Part shown: one piece after another, positions 13,087 to 24,902 of the stretch
Layout: every line of letters begins with the position of its first letter
Position numbering within the stretch: the stretch's first letter is position 1
Source: Felis catus
Lineage: Eukaryota
Direction of reading: 5' to 3'
NCBI RefSeq assembly: GCF_018350175.1
Contig: NC_058383.1
Coordinates: 29,946,001 to 30,010,000 of the forward strand
Length of the DNA stretch: 64,000 bases
Made by a program: the position numbers and the translations under genes
The notes under the pieces: generated by a model
Seen by the model: only the letters and a program-made list of their open reading frames with translations
Database searches by the model: none
Told to the model about the DNA's origin: nothing

Positions 13087-13320
13087 GGGGCACATGGGTG
13101 GTTCAGTTGGTTAAGCAGCTGACTTCAGTTCAGGTAATGATCTCGCAGTCTGTAGGTTGGAGTCCCGCATAAGGTTCTGTGCTGACAGCTCAGAGCCTGG
13201 AGCCTGCTTCAGATTGTGTGTGTGTGTGTCTCCTTCTCTCTGCCCTTCCCCTGCTCATCTTCTGTGTGTGTGTGTGTCTCTCTCTAAGTAATAAATAAAC
13301 ATTAAAAAAAATTTTTTTTA
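13087..13320 (+). mobile_element. Can-SINE with (TG)n expansions
   Basis: ggggcacatgggtggttcagttggttaagc head; A-tail. Confidence 0.93.
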
Positions 13321-13737
13321 ATCTGGGGAATATGCCTCACATCATTGTTTCTGTAATATGTCCCCAACCCAGCAATTCATTGTGTTGCAATTTTCTTTTA
13401 TTTTGTGTATTTGTCCTCTTATCTCTGGGCTTTTTGAGAACAAGGATGAAGTTAAAGTTGTTATTGAAACACCTGACATCATTTCTGGCACATAGTAGGT
13501 AGTTAGCAAATATTTAGTAGAATGAATAGAACTGGCTCTGAAGCTGTGTGTGTGGGGGGGGGGCGGGCAGTGCGCGCACGCGCACGCGTGGATGTGCGTT
13601 TGTGTTGGAACAGCTGGATAATGTTCATCATTAGCCCGAAGCATGGGCTAACGTTAAATTTAAATTAAAATATACTCTTGGGTGACTACATCTTCAATTT
13701 CATGGTTGATTCCTTTGTGATTGACTTATTAAGCTAA

Positions 13738-14050
13738 GGCAGGAGTTGCAAACAAAAATACCTCAAGGGGCCAAGAAGGAAACATAATAAATGAGCATGG
13801 TTACCTACAACTGGCAGACACCTAATATCTTCACAGGAATGGATACCTAGGGCTGCTAGAGCTTCTGCTTTTCAGAGTGGGCGGTTTTTTGTTTGTTTCC
13901 TTGGTTTTAAAATGTGTTTTTAAAAACGTAAAAATTCCTGATTTTTAGATTTTTTTCAAAGTCGCAAACTTTAGAACGCAGTTTGAAATATTCTGGGGCC
14001 AAATAAAATACATCTATAGGCTGGATACAACTCATAGGCCATTGATCTGA
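13738..14050 (-). mobile_element. MER102-like hAT element
   Basis: caggagttgcaaac...ggggccaag...aacataataaatgag ... gggccaaataaaatacatc. Confidence 0.6.
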
Positions 14051-14824
14051 GAAAGAGAGTTAAATGTTTTGCCTCTGAAATGGTGTTTTCATTCGCACTG
14101 AATATTTAATTTACAATGAACGACCTTGGGTATATCAAACACATATCAAATATGCTTATTGTTGAACAATACAAAGCCTGTAAGACTGGTAAGAATTCAG
14201 TTAAGGTCCAATTTTGAGGGCTGAGGTTAGATTTTAGTGGGCACACATCACAAAGGGTTCCCCGATAGCATTTTACAGGGAAGATTATGGAATTAAAGAA
14301 AAATCTTTAGCAACTTGCACGTGTATTATGCTAAACAAGGCAGATACCTTGAGTCACTGTTGTTCCCAAATAACTGATTTCCATTATGGTTGAAATAATG
14401 GAAGTGGTGTCTTACCCTTGAAAAGCTCCAACCACACCCCCTGACCTTGCTCAATGGTTAGATATAAATATTCATAGAGGGAGATGGTCTCTTAATTGCT
14501 TAGAGCTTTCAGCCCATCAATCATTGCTGTTGGTTCATCCCACTCGGTTTAGTAACTACTAGTCAAGCATTTTGAAATTATCTGATGTATTTGCCAAGGT
14601 AGAAAGTAGAATGGTTCTTTGGGAAAATGGCCATGTTAATCAAACCCTACCAATTCCAACAACCAGAAATTCATCTGAGGGCTTCATTTTATTAACCATT
14701 AACTGAAAAACATAGTTAATATTCATACCTAATTGATCCCAGATATCAAACTGATAAAACATCATATAACATTAATACACACATAACAAGATTCTCAAGT
14801 AACTCTGCAAGTTCTATCTAAAAA

Positions 14825-15612
14825 GACTACAATGACATGGATGGAGCTACAGGGTACTGTGCTAAAATGAAATAAGTCAGAGAAAGACAGATACAGTAGG
14901 ATTTCACTCATGTGGAATTTAAGAAAGAAAACAATCATAAGGGGGAAAAAGAGGCACACCAAGAAACAGGCTCTGAACTATAAAGAACACACTGATGGTT
15001 ACCAGAGAGGAGGTAGGGGTGGATGGGTAAAATAGGAGATGGGGATTAAGCATGGTACTCATTCCAGTGAGCACCGGGTGATGTATGGAAGTGTGGAATC
15101 ACTGTATCCTATACCTGAAACTAATATTATACTACATGTTAACTGTGATGAAGTTTTGGGGTGATGGGGTGGTTTGTGGGGTCTGGAGCCAACAGCCAAG
15201 AAAAAATTCTTAAAGACACCTTTAGTGCAAAAAGGTGATTTTATTAAAGTGTGGGGACAGGACCTGTGGGCAGAAAGAGCTGCCCTGGGACCATGGAGAG
15301 ACTCTGGTTATATACTTGGGAGTTGGGGGAGGTAAAGTCAAGAGGAAGTTTCCAATGAGATTTTCACATGCTAAAGAGGACGCACAGGATACTGGAGGCT
15401 GGGTGGGGGGTGGCTAGCTATTGTCAAGTTAAGGTTGTTTTTCCCTCTAGCAAAGCATTAGGTTAAGATAGTAGGGAGCTCCTGCAGAAATATTTTACTC
15501 TGCCTGCCTCAAGTAGTTGTCAATGGGCTGCAGGTTATAAGGAAATTTAATTTCGTCTGCCATTTCCTTCTGCCTTTGTTTCCCACACCAACTGGAATTT
15601 AAATGAAAACTT
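14825..15612 (+). mobile_element. Carnivore L1 3' end, interrupted by a solo LTR
   Basis: acatggatggagctacagg...gagcaccgggtgatgtatggaagtg...gaaactaatatt...gttaactg, resuming at actggaatttaaa. Confidence 0.88.
15146..15590 (-). mobile_element. ERV1-class solo LTR (445 bp)
   Basis: TG...CA termini; 4-bp TSD actg at 15142-45 and 15591-94; antisense AATAAA (~15240) and TATA (~15310). Confidence 0.88.
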
Positions 15613-15614
15613 GA

Positions 15615-15838
15615 GGGAAGCCTGAGTGAGTCAGTCTGTTAAACATCCCACTCTCGGTTTCGGCTCAGGCCATGATCTCATGATTCATGAGTTCGAGCCC
15701 CACGTTGGGCTCTTTGCTGACAGTGCATAGCCCGCTTGGCATTCTCTTTCTCTCTCTCTCTCCCTCTCTCTGCTCCTCCCCCACTTGTGCCGTCCCTGTC
15801 TCTCTCCAAATAAGTAAATAAACTTTAAATAAGTTAAT
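15615..15838 (+). mobile_element. Can-SINE in the L1 tail
   Basis: ggctcaggccatgatctc...gagttcgagcccc; (CT)n; A-rich tail. Confidence 0.92.
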
Positions 15839-16336
15839 TAAAACTTTACAAAAGAAAACAGAAGGATTCCTGTGTCTTAGACTTTGCCTTGCTCAAGAAC
15901 CTGAATTTAATTCAGAACTTATTTATAATAAAATTGATGTGATTTACTTATTTAATTACATTGATTTGTTAAAAATGTATCTCATAATTAATAAATTTAG
16001 TTACTAAAGGTAGAATTCTAGATGCCTGAGAATGGGAATTCCAGTGAGGACAAAAATGGTGGGAGAACAAAGACACGGGAACCCAGTAGAGTGTAAAAGT
16101 GGGGTGCTCACCCACAGCTGGTGTCTCATCACTCATGCTAGGGCCTGTCAATTGGTAGAGAAGAGTGAGGATGCTCTATTGAGAATGATTTCCAGACCAC
16201 ACACTAATTTAGAGGGGAAGAGTACCGTGATGGATTAGTAATGCCTTCTACAGGCATAGGAGGAAGAAATGGTAATGTGCAGGCCACATCTATGCTACCT
16301 GTGCCCCAAGTAGAATCAATAAAACAATATTTACAT

Positions 16337-16482
16337 AGGATTGTCCTAAATTTTCCTTTTCTGGGACAGTCTCAGTTTATGCCTGTCATAAGTCAATGAA
16401 TCCCTGTTAATTCCGCACAGCCCCCCACCCCCATTTATTCTCAAGAGGGCCCCAGTCTGAATCGTGATAGATGGCCAACCAG
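16337..16482. mobile_element. MER94-like hAT MITE
   Basis: ctgggacagtctcagtttatgcctgtc...atggccaacc. Confidence 0.5.
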
Positions 16483-17120
16483 GAAGAATTTTTGCATGAT
16501 TATCATTAGTTCATTTTCTGACTTAAGAAATATTCCTAAATCCTTTCTGTTGTGGGCCTTGATCATTCATTATTAGCCACAATCTTCCTTTCCCTGGATC
16601 ACAGTTTTCTTAATATTCTGCTAAAAACATCTCTGTAAAACACAGCCTTGGTTTCTTTAGACCCTTGCATGATTCCACACTTCCCATCTGAAGCACTCTC
16701 TGATATATTCTGGAATACAACCAGGAGATCACACTCCTCATTCACTCCTATATGTCTGATAATTTTCCCCATCCTCCTCCCCACAACAGGTCCTGGAAAA
16801 AACAAATTAACCTGTCTTCTGAATGGAGCTCATGTGTATTTTCTGCCATACCAGGTGTCCTATGTCTATGTCAAGCAGTATTGATCTTTAAAAGCCCAGA
16901 TCAGGAAAAGACTGGAGAAATGCATGTCCCAGATTGCTTCCACAGCAGATTCCTGGGACTTTAAAATCTTTGATTGTGTCTGGATTTTCTGGTTGGGTTC
17001 CCAAGGATGGAGCCTGAGTCCTTGAATACAAACACGAACCACAACTGAAGTTCCAAGCTGAATTGGTTCTAATGCTCACAGCAGTCACTGTGCTTCCTGT
17101 AACTAGGTTGTAGGATGAGT

Positions 17121-17329
17121 CAGTGTCTCAACCTCAGCATTATTAACATTTTGATCTGGCTGATTCTTTGTTGTATGGGGCTATATGTGCTATATCTGGC
17201 AGCGTCCCTGGCCTCTGCTCACTGGATGCTGGTAGCGCTCCATCTCCCCCAGATGTGAACAAAAACATCTCCAGACATTGCCAAATTCCTTGGAGGGAGG
17301 CCACATTGCTGCCTGGTGAGAAATGCTGG
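17121..17329. mobile_element. MER20 hAT-Charlie element
   Basis: tctcaacctcagcattattaacatttt...catctccagacattgccaaat. Confidence 0.85.
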
Positions 17330-17379
17330 CATAGGGGCTCTGAGTGTCACGACAAGAAAAGCCACTCTTTCTATCATTG

Positions 17380-17850
17380 AACAAGTCACCTGAGCAGACA
17401 CGTTGGTAAGCAAGTGTGGTACAATACTCTAAGTGTCCTGGTAAGGGTTTGGCAAGAGTATTGTAGGAGCCAAAGAAGGAAGGATGAGCTGCTGGACAGT
17501 CAAAAAGGCTGTACAGAGGATGTGACTTTGGGGCTTCAGATGATAATTCAGCATTCTCCAAGTGGGAAGGAAGGGAAGGGCATTCAAGGCAGAGGAACAG
17601 TATATGCTAATGTGGTGAGATATGAGGGAGACTAATGTGTTTGAAACACAGAAGTCTAGAGCGGATGGGGTGATGAGTACACTGGGGAGATAGATGGGGA
17701 GGGTGGACAAGAGTTAAGCCCAGTTTAGAAACTTACTAGTAAATGGAGGTGGACTTCATAAACTGGGCAGCAGAGAATCACAGAAGTCTAATAAGAGGGA
17801 TATGGTCAGATTGGGGCTTTAGAGAGATAACTTGGTGTTGGCTAGAAGTG
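17380..17850 (-). mobile_element. L2 remnant
   Basis: aagggcattcaaggcagaggaacagtatatgc...atggtcagattgg. Confidence 0.6.
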
Positions 17851-17869
17851 AGATGGCAATGTGAACAGC

Positions 17870-18090
17870 ATTGTCTTTGGAATTAGGCTGCCTTGGCCTA
17901 GGATCTCATTCTGCCATCGACTAGTCTGTGGGACCTTGGACAAACCATTTCTTTTCCCTAAATCCCTGTTCCCTTCTCAACAAAATGAGGATGAGAACCC
18001 TACCTACCCCCCTGCGTTGTTGTAAGGATTAAATAAGTTTATTCATGTTATGTGCTTAGAGTCTCTGGATATAATTGAAGCTCATTACAT
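17870..18090 (+). mobile_element. MIR
   Basis: tgtgggaccttggacaaa...aaaatgaggatgag...gttgtaaggattaaata. Confidence 0.75.
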
Positions 18091-19052
18091 AAGTATTCTT
18101 TTTAGATTGGAAGGGGGAGCAGGGCTTGAGACTGAAGGCAGGGAGGCTAGTCTAGAGGAGGTAATAAGCCAATGGGAGCATGGGACAGCACAGCGACTGG
18201 GTGATTGGAGATGAGTTAGCTCCCACCTGAATTGAGTTGACTGAAGAAGTTTGCGGTCTCCAGGCTCCCAGCAGCAAGGGACCCAGTTCTCCAAACAGAT
18301 GCACCATCCCTGGGGTTCCTACCACATCCAAGTCTGGACAGTCCTGTGCAGGAAGTTTCCACCACCTACAACCTCCCCGACAGCATGTCTGTTATCTGAT
18401 TGTTCTGTGTTCAGAAAGAGTTAATTAAATGTGGAGCCACAGTTGGAGAGTACATCTTAATACCATTCTGCCTTATCTGTGTTTTCCCTTTCTTTTCTGC
18501 AGCCTACCTTCTGTTCTGAGGAAAAGGGGCTACAAATGACCTGCTTCAGGATGAAATAACAATTTAATAGAGTGGAGATTCATTAAGACACTGCTGATGG
18601 CGGCTGTAGTCTCCGGAATGGAGGAACAGCCCAGAGGATTTCAATTTTCTACCAGTTTTCTGACCTCAATTTACAAGGCAGAATTAAGTTCTGGAAATCT
18701 CAGAACAGAAAAAAAATAATGGAACTACTGCTTTTAATCACTGGTAGAATCATCAGGCTTTAGTAGACCTCTAACCTTGGTTCTCTTTTAAAGGGAACTT
18801 TATCAGTGGCACATAGCCTGATGTGATTGCTATTTTCTTTCATTTTCAAAATATATTCTTTCCAAGATATTTTTTAAAAAACAAAGCCTGTGCCATGGCA
18901 GCACCCAGTATGGGGACAGCGGTGATAAGCCAGACCAATATGGTACTGTTCTTGCCAAGCTTACATTCAGGGAGAGCCAGACAACAAAGAAAGGACTCCT
19001 GGGAAAACTGTAGCAGTTACTAAAAAGAAAATGAGCCAACTTCTCTCTGTCT

Positions 19053-19250
19053 ATTTTTTTTTAAATTTTTAAAATATTTATTTTTGAGAGAGAGTGAGAG
19101 AGTGCAAGCCAGGGAGGGGCAGAGACAGAGAGAGACACAAAATCTGAAGCGGGCTCCAGGCTCTGGCCTCTCAGCACAGAGTCCAATGCGGGGCTTGAAC
19201 TCACAGACCGTGAGATCCTGACCTGAGCTGAAATTGGACACTTAACTAAC
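19053..19250 (-). mobile_element. Can-SINE, 5'-truncated, nested in the tail of the adjacent SINE
   Basis: Body complete except ~20 nt of head. Confidence 0.9.
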
Positions 19251-19264
19251 TCTCTTTCTTTCTC

Positions 19265-19410
19265 TTTTTTTTTTTCAAAGTTTGTTTGTTTATTTATTGA
19301 TTGAGAGAGAGGGAGTGAGGGAGGTGGGGCTAAATCTCACAAGCTGTGACATCATGACCTAAGCCAAAATCAAGTCAGAGGCTTAATCAACTGAGCCACC
19401 CAGGTGCCCC
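19265..19410 (-). mobile_element. Can-SINE, older type, internally deleted
   Basis: aagccaaaatcaag...gagccacccaggtgcccc; outer TSD tgagccaMcttctct at 19032 and 19411. Confidence 0.88.
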
Positions 19411-19729
19411 TGAGCCACCTTCTCTTTATGTAGCTAAAGGAAATGAATCCCACTTTTAAATATGATTCTCAGGTTTCTTTTCCCCCCACATCATAAATGT
19501 ATGAAGCAGACAGGCAATTTCATATCCACCTCTGGCAATTTTTGGAATTGACTTAAATTGATTGAGTCATGGGTTAATGGCCCAGAGTCATTATTTGCGT
19601 TCCTACCTGTCTAGAAAATCAAGGTTCAGGGAAAGAAAAGGGAAACTTTCTTTGTTTTAGATTTCCCAGAGCTAGATGAAATCTGGTTTCTTAGGACACG
19701 TAGGGAGAACTTTAGTAACAATATTTGAG

Positions 19730-19940
19730 TAGCGGTTGCAGGGGAGGGCCCTGAAGTCAGCTGCTCGGGTCCAAACTGGGCTTTACCACTTCCTGGCGTG
19801 TAAGTTTGGGCAGGCTCGTTCACCTTCCCATGTTGTCTCAGTTTGTGAAATGGGATGATGGCCCACTTCTTAGAGCTTTGGTGAAAATTGAATGAGGTGA
19901 TGCATAAAAAGCAAAGCGTCTGACACATGTTACACATTAA
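19730..19940 (+). mobile_element. MIR
   Basis: tttgggcaggctcgttcacc...tgtgaaatgggatgatg...aattgaatgaggtgatgcat. Confidence 0.7.
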
Positions 19941-20205
19941 AAAAAAAATCACATAGCGGATAAAGGAGGTGCGGTGTATTGCCGGGCGGGGTGGAGGTTA
20001 CTGACCTGGTCTCTGAGCAGTAGCCCCTGGCAACAAAAAATGATTGGTTCGAGTGCAACTGTGCTAGCTCCTAGCAATATGAGTTTGGGTAATTTGGCCC
20101 CCTCTCTAAACGCCAGCTCCTTCCTCTGCAAAGTAGAGGTAACAGTGACCATCTTCGGAGGCTGTAATGAGGATATGAAGACATGTATGCAAGACATATG
20201 ACATG

Positions 20206-20418
20206 GGTTTGCCTGGGAGACTCAGCTAAGCATCCAACTCTTGGTTTCAGCTTGGGTCATGATCTTGCGGCTTCGTGGGTTCAAGCCCTGTGTGGGGGCT
20301 CTGCACGGGCAGCACAGAGCCTGCTTGAGATTCTCTCTCTGTCTGCCCCTGCCCCACTCGAGTTGTCTCTGTCTCTCTCAAAAATAAATTAATTCATTAA
20401 AAACAACAACAACAACAT
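20206..20418 (+). mobile_element. Can-SINE
   Basis: gcatccaactcttggtttcagc...gagcctgcttgagattctc; (ACA)n tail. Confidence 0.9.
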
Positions 20419-20544
20419 TCAGATTAAAGGCCAGTCCTCAACACATGGTGAAGATCAACCTCCTCCTTCCTCTCATTATCATCACAGGGTCAATTGTTTC
20501 TGCTGCTTAGCATCGTGCTTTTTCCTTTTTCATCTGCCTTAGCT

Positions 20545-20990
20545 CGTGTTGCTTAGAAGCAGAATTTGCAGTTAGGGATTCTTGTGCAAATGGTTATTCG
20601 AGGGAGTACTCTCAGGACAAACGTGTAATGGAGTCAAGGGAACAGGGAAAGGGGGGGGTGGGTGGAAGGAAGGGATGTAAAGAAGTGGTTTCAGGTGACA
20701 CCTAGCCTTGGCTGGAACCTACAGGGAGCTCGGGTGCATGAACCTTAGCGCAGAATCTGCCCTGCCCAGAGGCCAGGCAGCTGGGTTTTCTACCTCTGTA
20801 TCAGTTAGTCCTTGCTTGCTGGCCACTCCCAAGAGAAGGACCTAATCCACCAAGACATGCCGGTGAGAAGGCCTCTACCAAAGCAGGGCCATCCTCTAGA
20901 CAAGTGTGCAGTGTGAGCCATGAGCTTCATGGCAGCTGGGAGACAGATGCAGGGGCCTTGTGAGGATTTGGGGGGGGGTGCACCAAGAAA
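20545..20990 (-). mobile_element. LTR16-like ERVL LTR
   Basis: agaagcaga...ggattcttgtgcaaatggttattcgagggagt...tacagggagctcgg. Confidence 0.7.
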
Positions 20991-21029
20991 GACCATCTAC
21001 TGCACTTTCTTCTGCCCTCTGATGTTCTC

Positions 21030-21510
21030 CAGGGAGCCGCCTCCTATACTCTCATTCCAACCCCAATTCAGAGCTCATTCCAGCTCTGAAGGTAAGCTTG
21101 TGACCTGGGAACTGGCCAAAGAGAGTCTGGGATGTGTCTCGCCACCCTGATTGGCTCAGAGATGATCGTGTGATCCCATGAAGCCAGTGAGACCCAAGGA
21201 AACGTTTGCTGGGAGTCCCAGGAGAGAGCTCCCGGCTCTTTCTTGCAAACAGAGCTAGTGTTTATGCAGTAGAAGCTGCACCAGCTGAGGGCCAAACATG
21301 GGACTGAAGAATGAAGGTGGCCCAGTGAATGGTGGACCATGTGATGGAAACCAGGGAGCACTCGACTAAATCCCTAGATGAGGACATGATTGACGTTTAC
21401 TTTACCCCTGGACTTTCAAGTTCTGCAAGCCCATTCCCCCCCCCCCCCCTTTTGCTTAGTTCTCTGAGCTGGGAGTTCTGGGTGCCTGCGTCGCACAGTC
21501 CTGACTGATA
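21030..21510 (+). mobile_element. MLT1J/K-like MaLR LTR
   Basis: ccctggactttcaagtt...tttgcttagt...gagctggg...gtcctgactgata. Confidence 0.55.
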
Positions 21511-21890
21511 TATCGCCGTAATGGACCCAGAAGCACTGGGCAAATGAGAAGCAGTCGGTCACTTTATAGGATTATTGTTATTGTGTAAATAAAGTTCTCC
21601 TTTGGGTGAGCAGAGGCTTCCCGAAGCCCGGGGAAGCTTTCCAAGTTAGGTTTTCATTGTCTGGGGCGAAGCAGAGGCCTCTTTGGCAACTCCGAGGGCA
21701 CTAATGCTGGCCCTACATCTGAGAAAGAGCTTTTCCTGCCACCTTTCCCTGATCGCCGGGGGAAGGTGCTAGCAAAGTGGCCACTGCGAGGCTGACAGCC
21801 TAAACCCGGCTGGAGGAAGGGATGGAATCCCTTCAGAGGGAAAGGAAGACAGAGGCAGAGCCGGTGAGCAAACGGGCAATGTCATGGTCT

Positions 21891-22248
21891 TGTTGAAAGA
21901 TAAACGGAGGCGCTTGTGCCGTTGTAAGAGTTTACGTGAGCAAACTTCTGTTCGAATTAGACAGCACCGGACCGGAAGTGGTTAGGAGGGCGCAACCACA
22001 GACAGGAGCCAGAGGAAAGACTTTTATAGGGAAGAGCTGGGAAGAAGGCAAGGGAATTACTCGATTCACTACAGCATCGGCGGTTGCCTTGTTTGGGAAA
22101 GCCTAGCTAGCAGATTGTGATTGGTTGTCCTTAGGTTGTAATTCCTTGACCTTGAGGCGTTACAGGCTTAGGCTTTGGTTGGCTTATGCAGGTTACTAAG
22201 GCATTAAAGCCACCTCGGCCTAATGACCTCCTTGTTTAATTAATTAAA
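21891..22248 (-). mobile_element. ERV1-class solo LTR, CpG-retaining
   Basis: Begins tgttgaaag; antisense CCAAT (gattggtt ~22119) and TATAAAA (ttttatag ~22022); ACCGGAAGTG at 21971-80. Confidence 0.7.
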
Positions 22249-22514
22249 AAAAAAAAATGAACAGAAGCAGTTTGCTAACCCAGAAAACCCTTTTAATCCA
22301 CACAAAGACACCTACTGATAAGGCAAAATGCATTAACCTTATTCCTGGTTATCAGCGTTTTTTAAAAGTTTATTGTATTTTTATTTCCATTTCTTTTTTT
22401 TTTTTTTAACCTTTTCCAATCTAATACAACATGTCCTTTAATTGCCCACTGGCCTCAAATCACAAGATCTCCAAACTAAATGCAGTCAGAAAAAGAGGCA
22501 AGAATTTGTGAGGG

Positions 22515-22543
22515 AAAAAAAAAAAAAAAAAAAAAAAAAAAAA
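22515..22543 (+). repeat. Poly(A) run of ~29 nt
   Basis: Seen directly. Confidence 0.95.
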
Positions 22544-22673
22544 GCCCACAGTAAAGGTGTTTAAGAGCCATCAACACATTTGCATTAGACCGAGCTTGGT
22601 TTCTAGCCTTTTTTGGACAAAAGAACATCTTTTCTATGAATCAGTTTTGGAAACTTTGTAATGCCTTGTCTCT

Positions 22674-22889
22674 TTAAAAAAAAATTGTTTTTAATGTTTA
22701 TTTGTTTTTGAGAAAGAGACAGAGCATGAGTGGGAGAGGGGCAGAGAGAGGGAGACACAGAATCCAAAGCAGGCTCCAGGCTCCCAGCAGCCAGCACAGA
22801 GCCCAACACGGGGCTTGAACCCATGAACCTGGAGACCGTGACCTGAGCCAAAGTCAAACATTTAACCAACTGAGTCACTCAGGAGCCCC
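22674..22889 (-). mobile_element. Can-SINE
   Basis: Full body; degenerate TSD tgtaMtgc. Confidence 0.94.
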
Positions 22890-24001
22890 TGTACTGCTTT
22901 TTCCGTTAGTTGGAGGATTCTGCCCATTTAAGGATGGGGAGGGCCCCAGCAGCTTTTGGGTGTTTCGGGGTAAGAGAAATATAAAACAAGTGAACGTAGG
23001 TTCCAGTTACGTGGGCCCTGCTTGCCTGGCTGATTCACGCAAACTGGCCAACTGTGCCTGGCATACGGCACCCCTGGCTGGTTGGTGTAGCCAAGGGATA
23101 TGTTTCCCTCAGGCAGCATCTTTCCAAGTGCCCTTGCAGGGACCCCCTACATCAGCCTGTCCCAAGAGAGAGGCCTGTTTAAAAAGCTGATGACTCCTGC
23201 ACTCTATCTACTGCTACTTAATCAGCATATCTGGGCTTGGGAGTGGGGTTTGCATTTTTTTCCTTACAGCTTTATTGAGATATAATTGACTTATGAAAAC
23301 TTCACATAGTTAAGTATACAATTTGATGAGTTTGGGCATTATTATGCATCTGTGAAATCATCACCTTAGTCAAGATCATGAACGAATCTTTCACCCCTAT
23401 GAGTTTCTTCAAGCCTTTTTTGTAACACCTTCTTCATCTGTACACCTTCCTTCTTGTCTCGTCCCCACATAACCATGAATATGCTGTTTCTGTAGATTAG
23501 TTTGCAATTTCCTAGAAGTTTATACAAGTGGATGCATAGAACGCATACTCTCTTCGTCTGATATCTTTCACTCATTTATCCCGCTGATGAGAGACTTGTC
23601 AGATGCTTTTGTTTTTTGGCCTTTAAGTGTAAAGTTTCTTTGACCATATTTCTGCGGATCTTTTAATGGACACACGCTTCGGTTTCTCCTTGGTCCATAC
23701 GAGGAGTAGAATGGTGAGGTCATCCATTATTTGAATGGTTACCTTTATAACAAACTGCTGGACCGTGTTCCAAAGTGGTTGTAGCTTTTTACATCCTCAG
23801 CAGTAACGTACGAGGGTTCTGGTTTTTCCACACCTGCACCAAAGTTTGGTCGGATCCATCTTCTACATTTTTTTCTATGAGGGAAGTGGTATATCAGGGT
23901 GGTTTAGTTTACATTTTCTCCATGACTAATAATACTGAGCATTTTTTCCTACGCTTATTTACCTTTTGTGCATCTTTTTTGGTGAGGTGTTTGTTCAGAT
24001 G

Positions 24002-24214
24002 TAAAAAAAAAAAAAATTTATGTGTATTTTTGAGACACAGGGAGAGACAGAGTATGAGCAGGGAAGGAGCAGAGAGAAGAAACACAGAATCTGAAGCAGG
24101 CTTCAGGCTCTGAGCTGGCAGCACAGAGCCCAACGTGGGGCTCGAACCCACGAACTAGGAGATCATGACCTGAGCTGAAGTCCGATGCTTAACCGCCTGA
24201 GCCACCAGGGGCCT
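24002..24214 (-). mobile_element. Can-SINE
   Basis: TSD tgtttgttcagat at 23988-24000 and 24217-24229. Confidence 0.95.
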
Positions 24215-24693
24215 CATGTTTGTTCAGATTTATATTGGATGGTTTGTCTTCTTTTATTTGGAAGTGGGAGTTCATGGTGTGTTCAGGATAGAATGTGAGT
24301 ATTTTCTTGCAACCTGTGGCTTTCTTTTTACTTTCACAGATGTGCTTTGGCATCTTTGGCCATATACATGTGCGTCTATCCCTGGACCCTTTATTCTGTT
24401 CCATTGGTCTTTGTAGTGATTCTTTTGCCAGCGTCATACCATGCTGTCTGGATTACTGTAGCTTTACACTTAGTATTGCGATCTTATAGCGCAAGTTCTC
24501 CGACTTGCTCCTCTTTTCCAAAATTAGGAGCTTTGCATTTCCATATTAATTTCAGACATGGCCACTCAATTTGCACAAATACGGCCCACTGGGATTTTGA
24601 AAGAGTTTGTATTTACTTTATGGATTAGTTTGAGCACTGACGCCTTACCAACATTAGGCCTTTTAACACCACCTCTCTTTCTCTATTTAGTAA

Positions 24694-24902
24694 TTTTTTA
24701 AAATATTTATTTATTTTTGAGAGAGAAAAACAGAGCACAAGTGAGGGAGGGGCAGAGAGAGAGGGAGACACAGAATCTGAAGAAGGCACCAGGCTCTGAG
24801 CTGTCAGCACAGAGCCCGATGCAGGGCTTGAACTCCCAAACAGTGAGATCATGACCTGAGCCACAGCCAGATGTTCAACTGACTGAGCCACCCAGGAGCC
24901 CC
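24694..24902 (-). mobile_element. Can-SINE
   Basis: Full body; TSD-like tctct..atttag flanks. Confidence 0.95.

Noticed and set aside
14379-14403. 9-bp hairpin as a terminator or miRNA
   Set aside because: Too short; expected by chance at this window size
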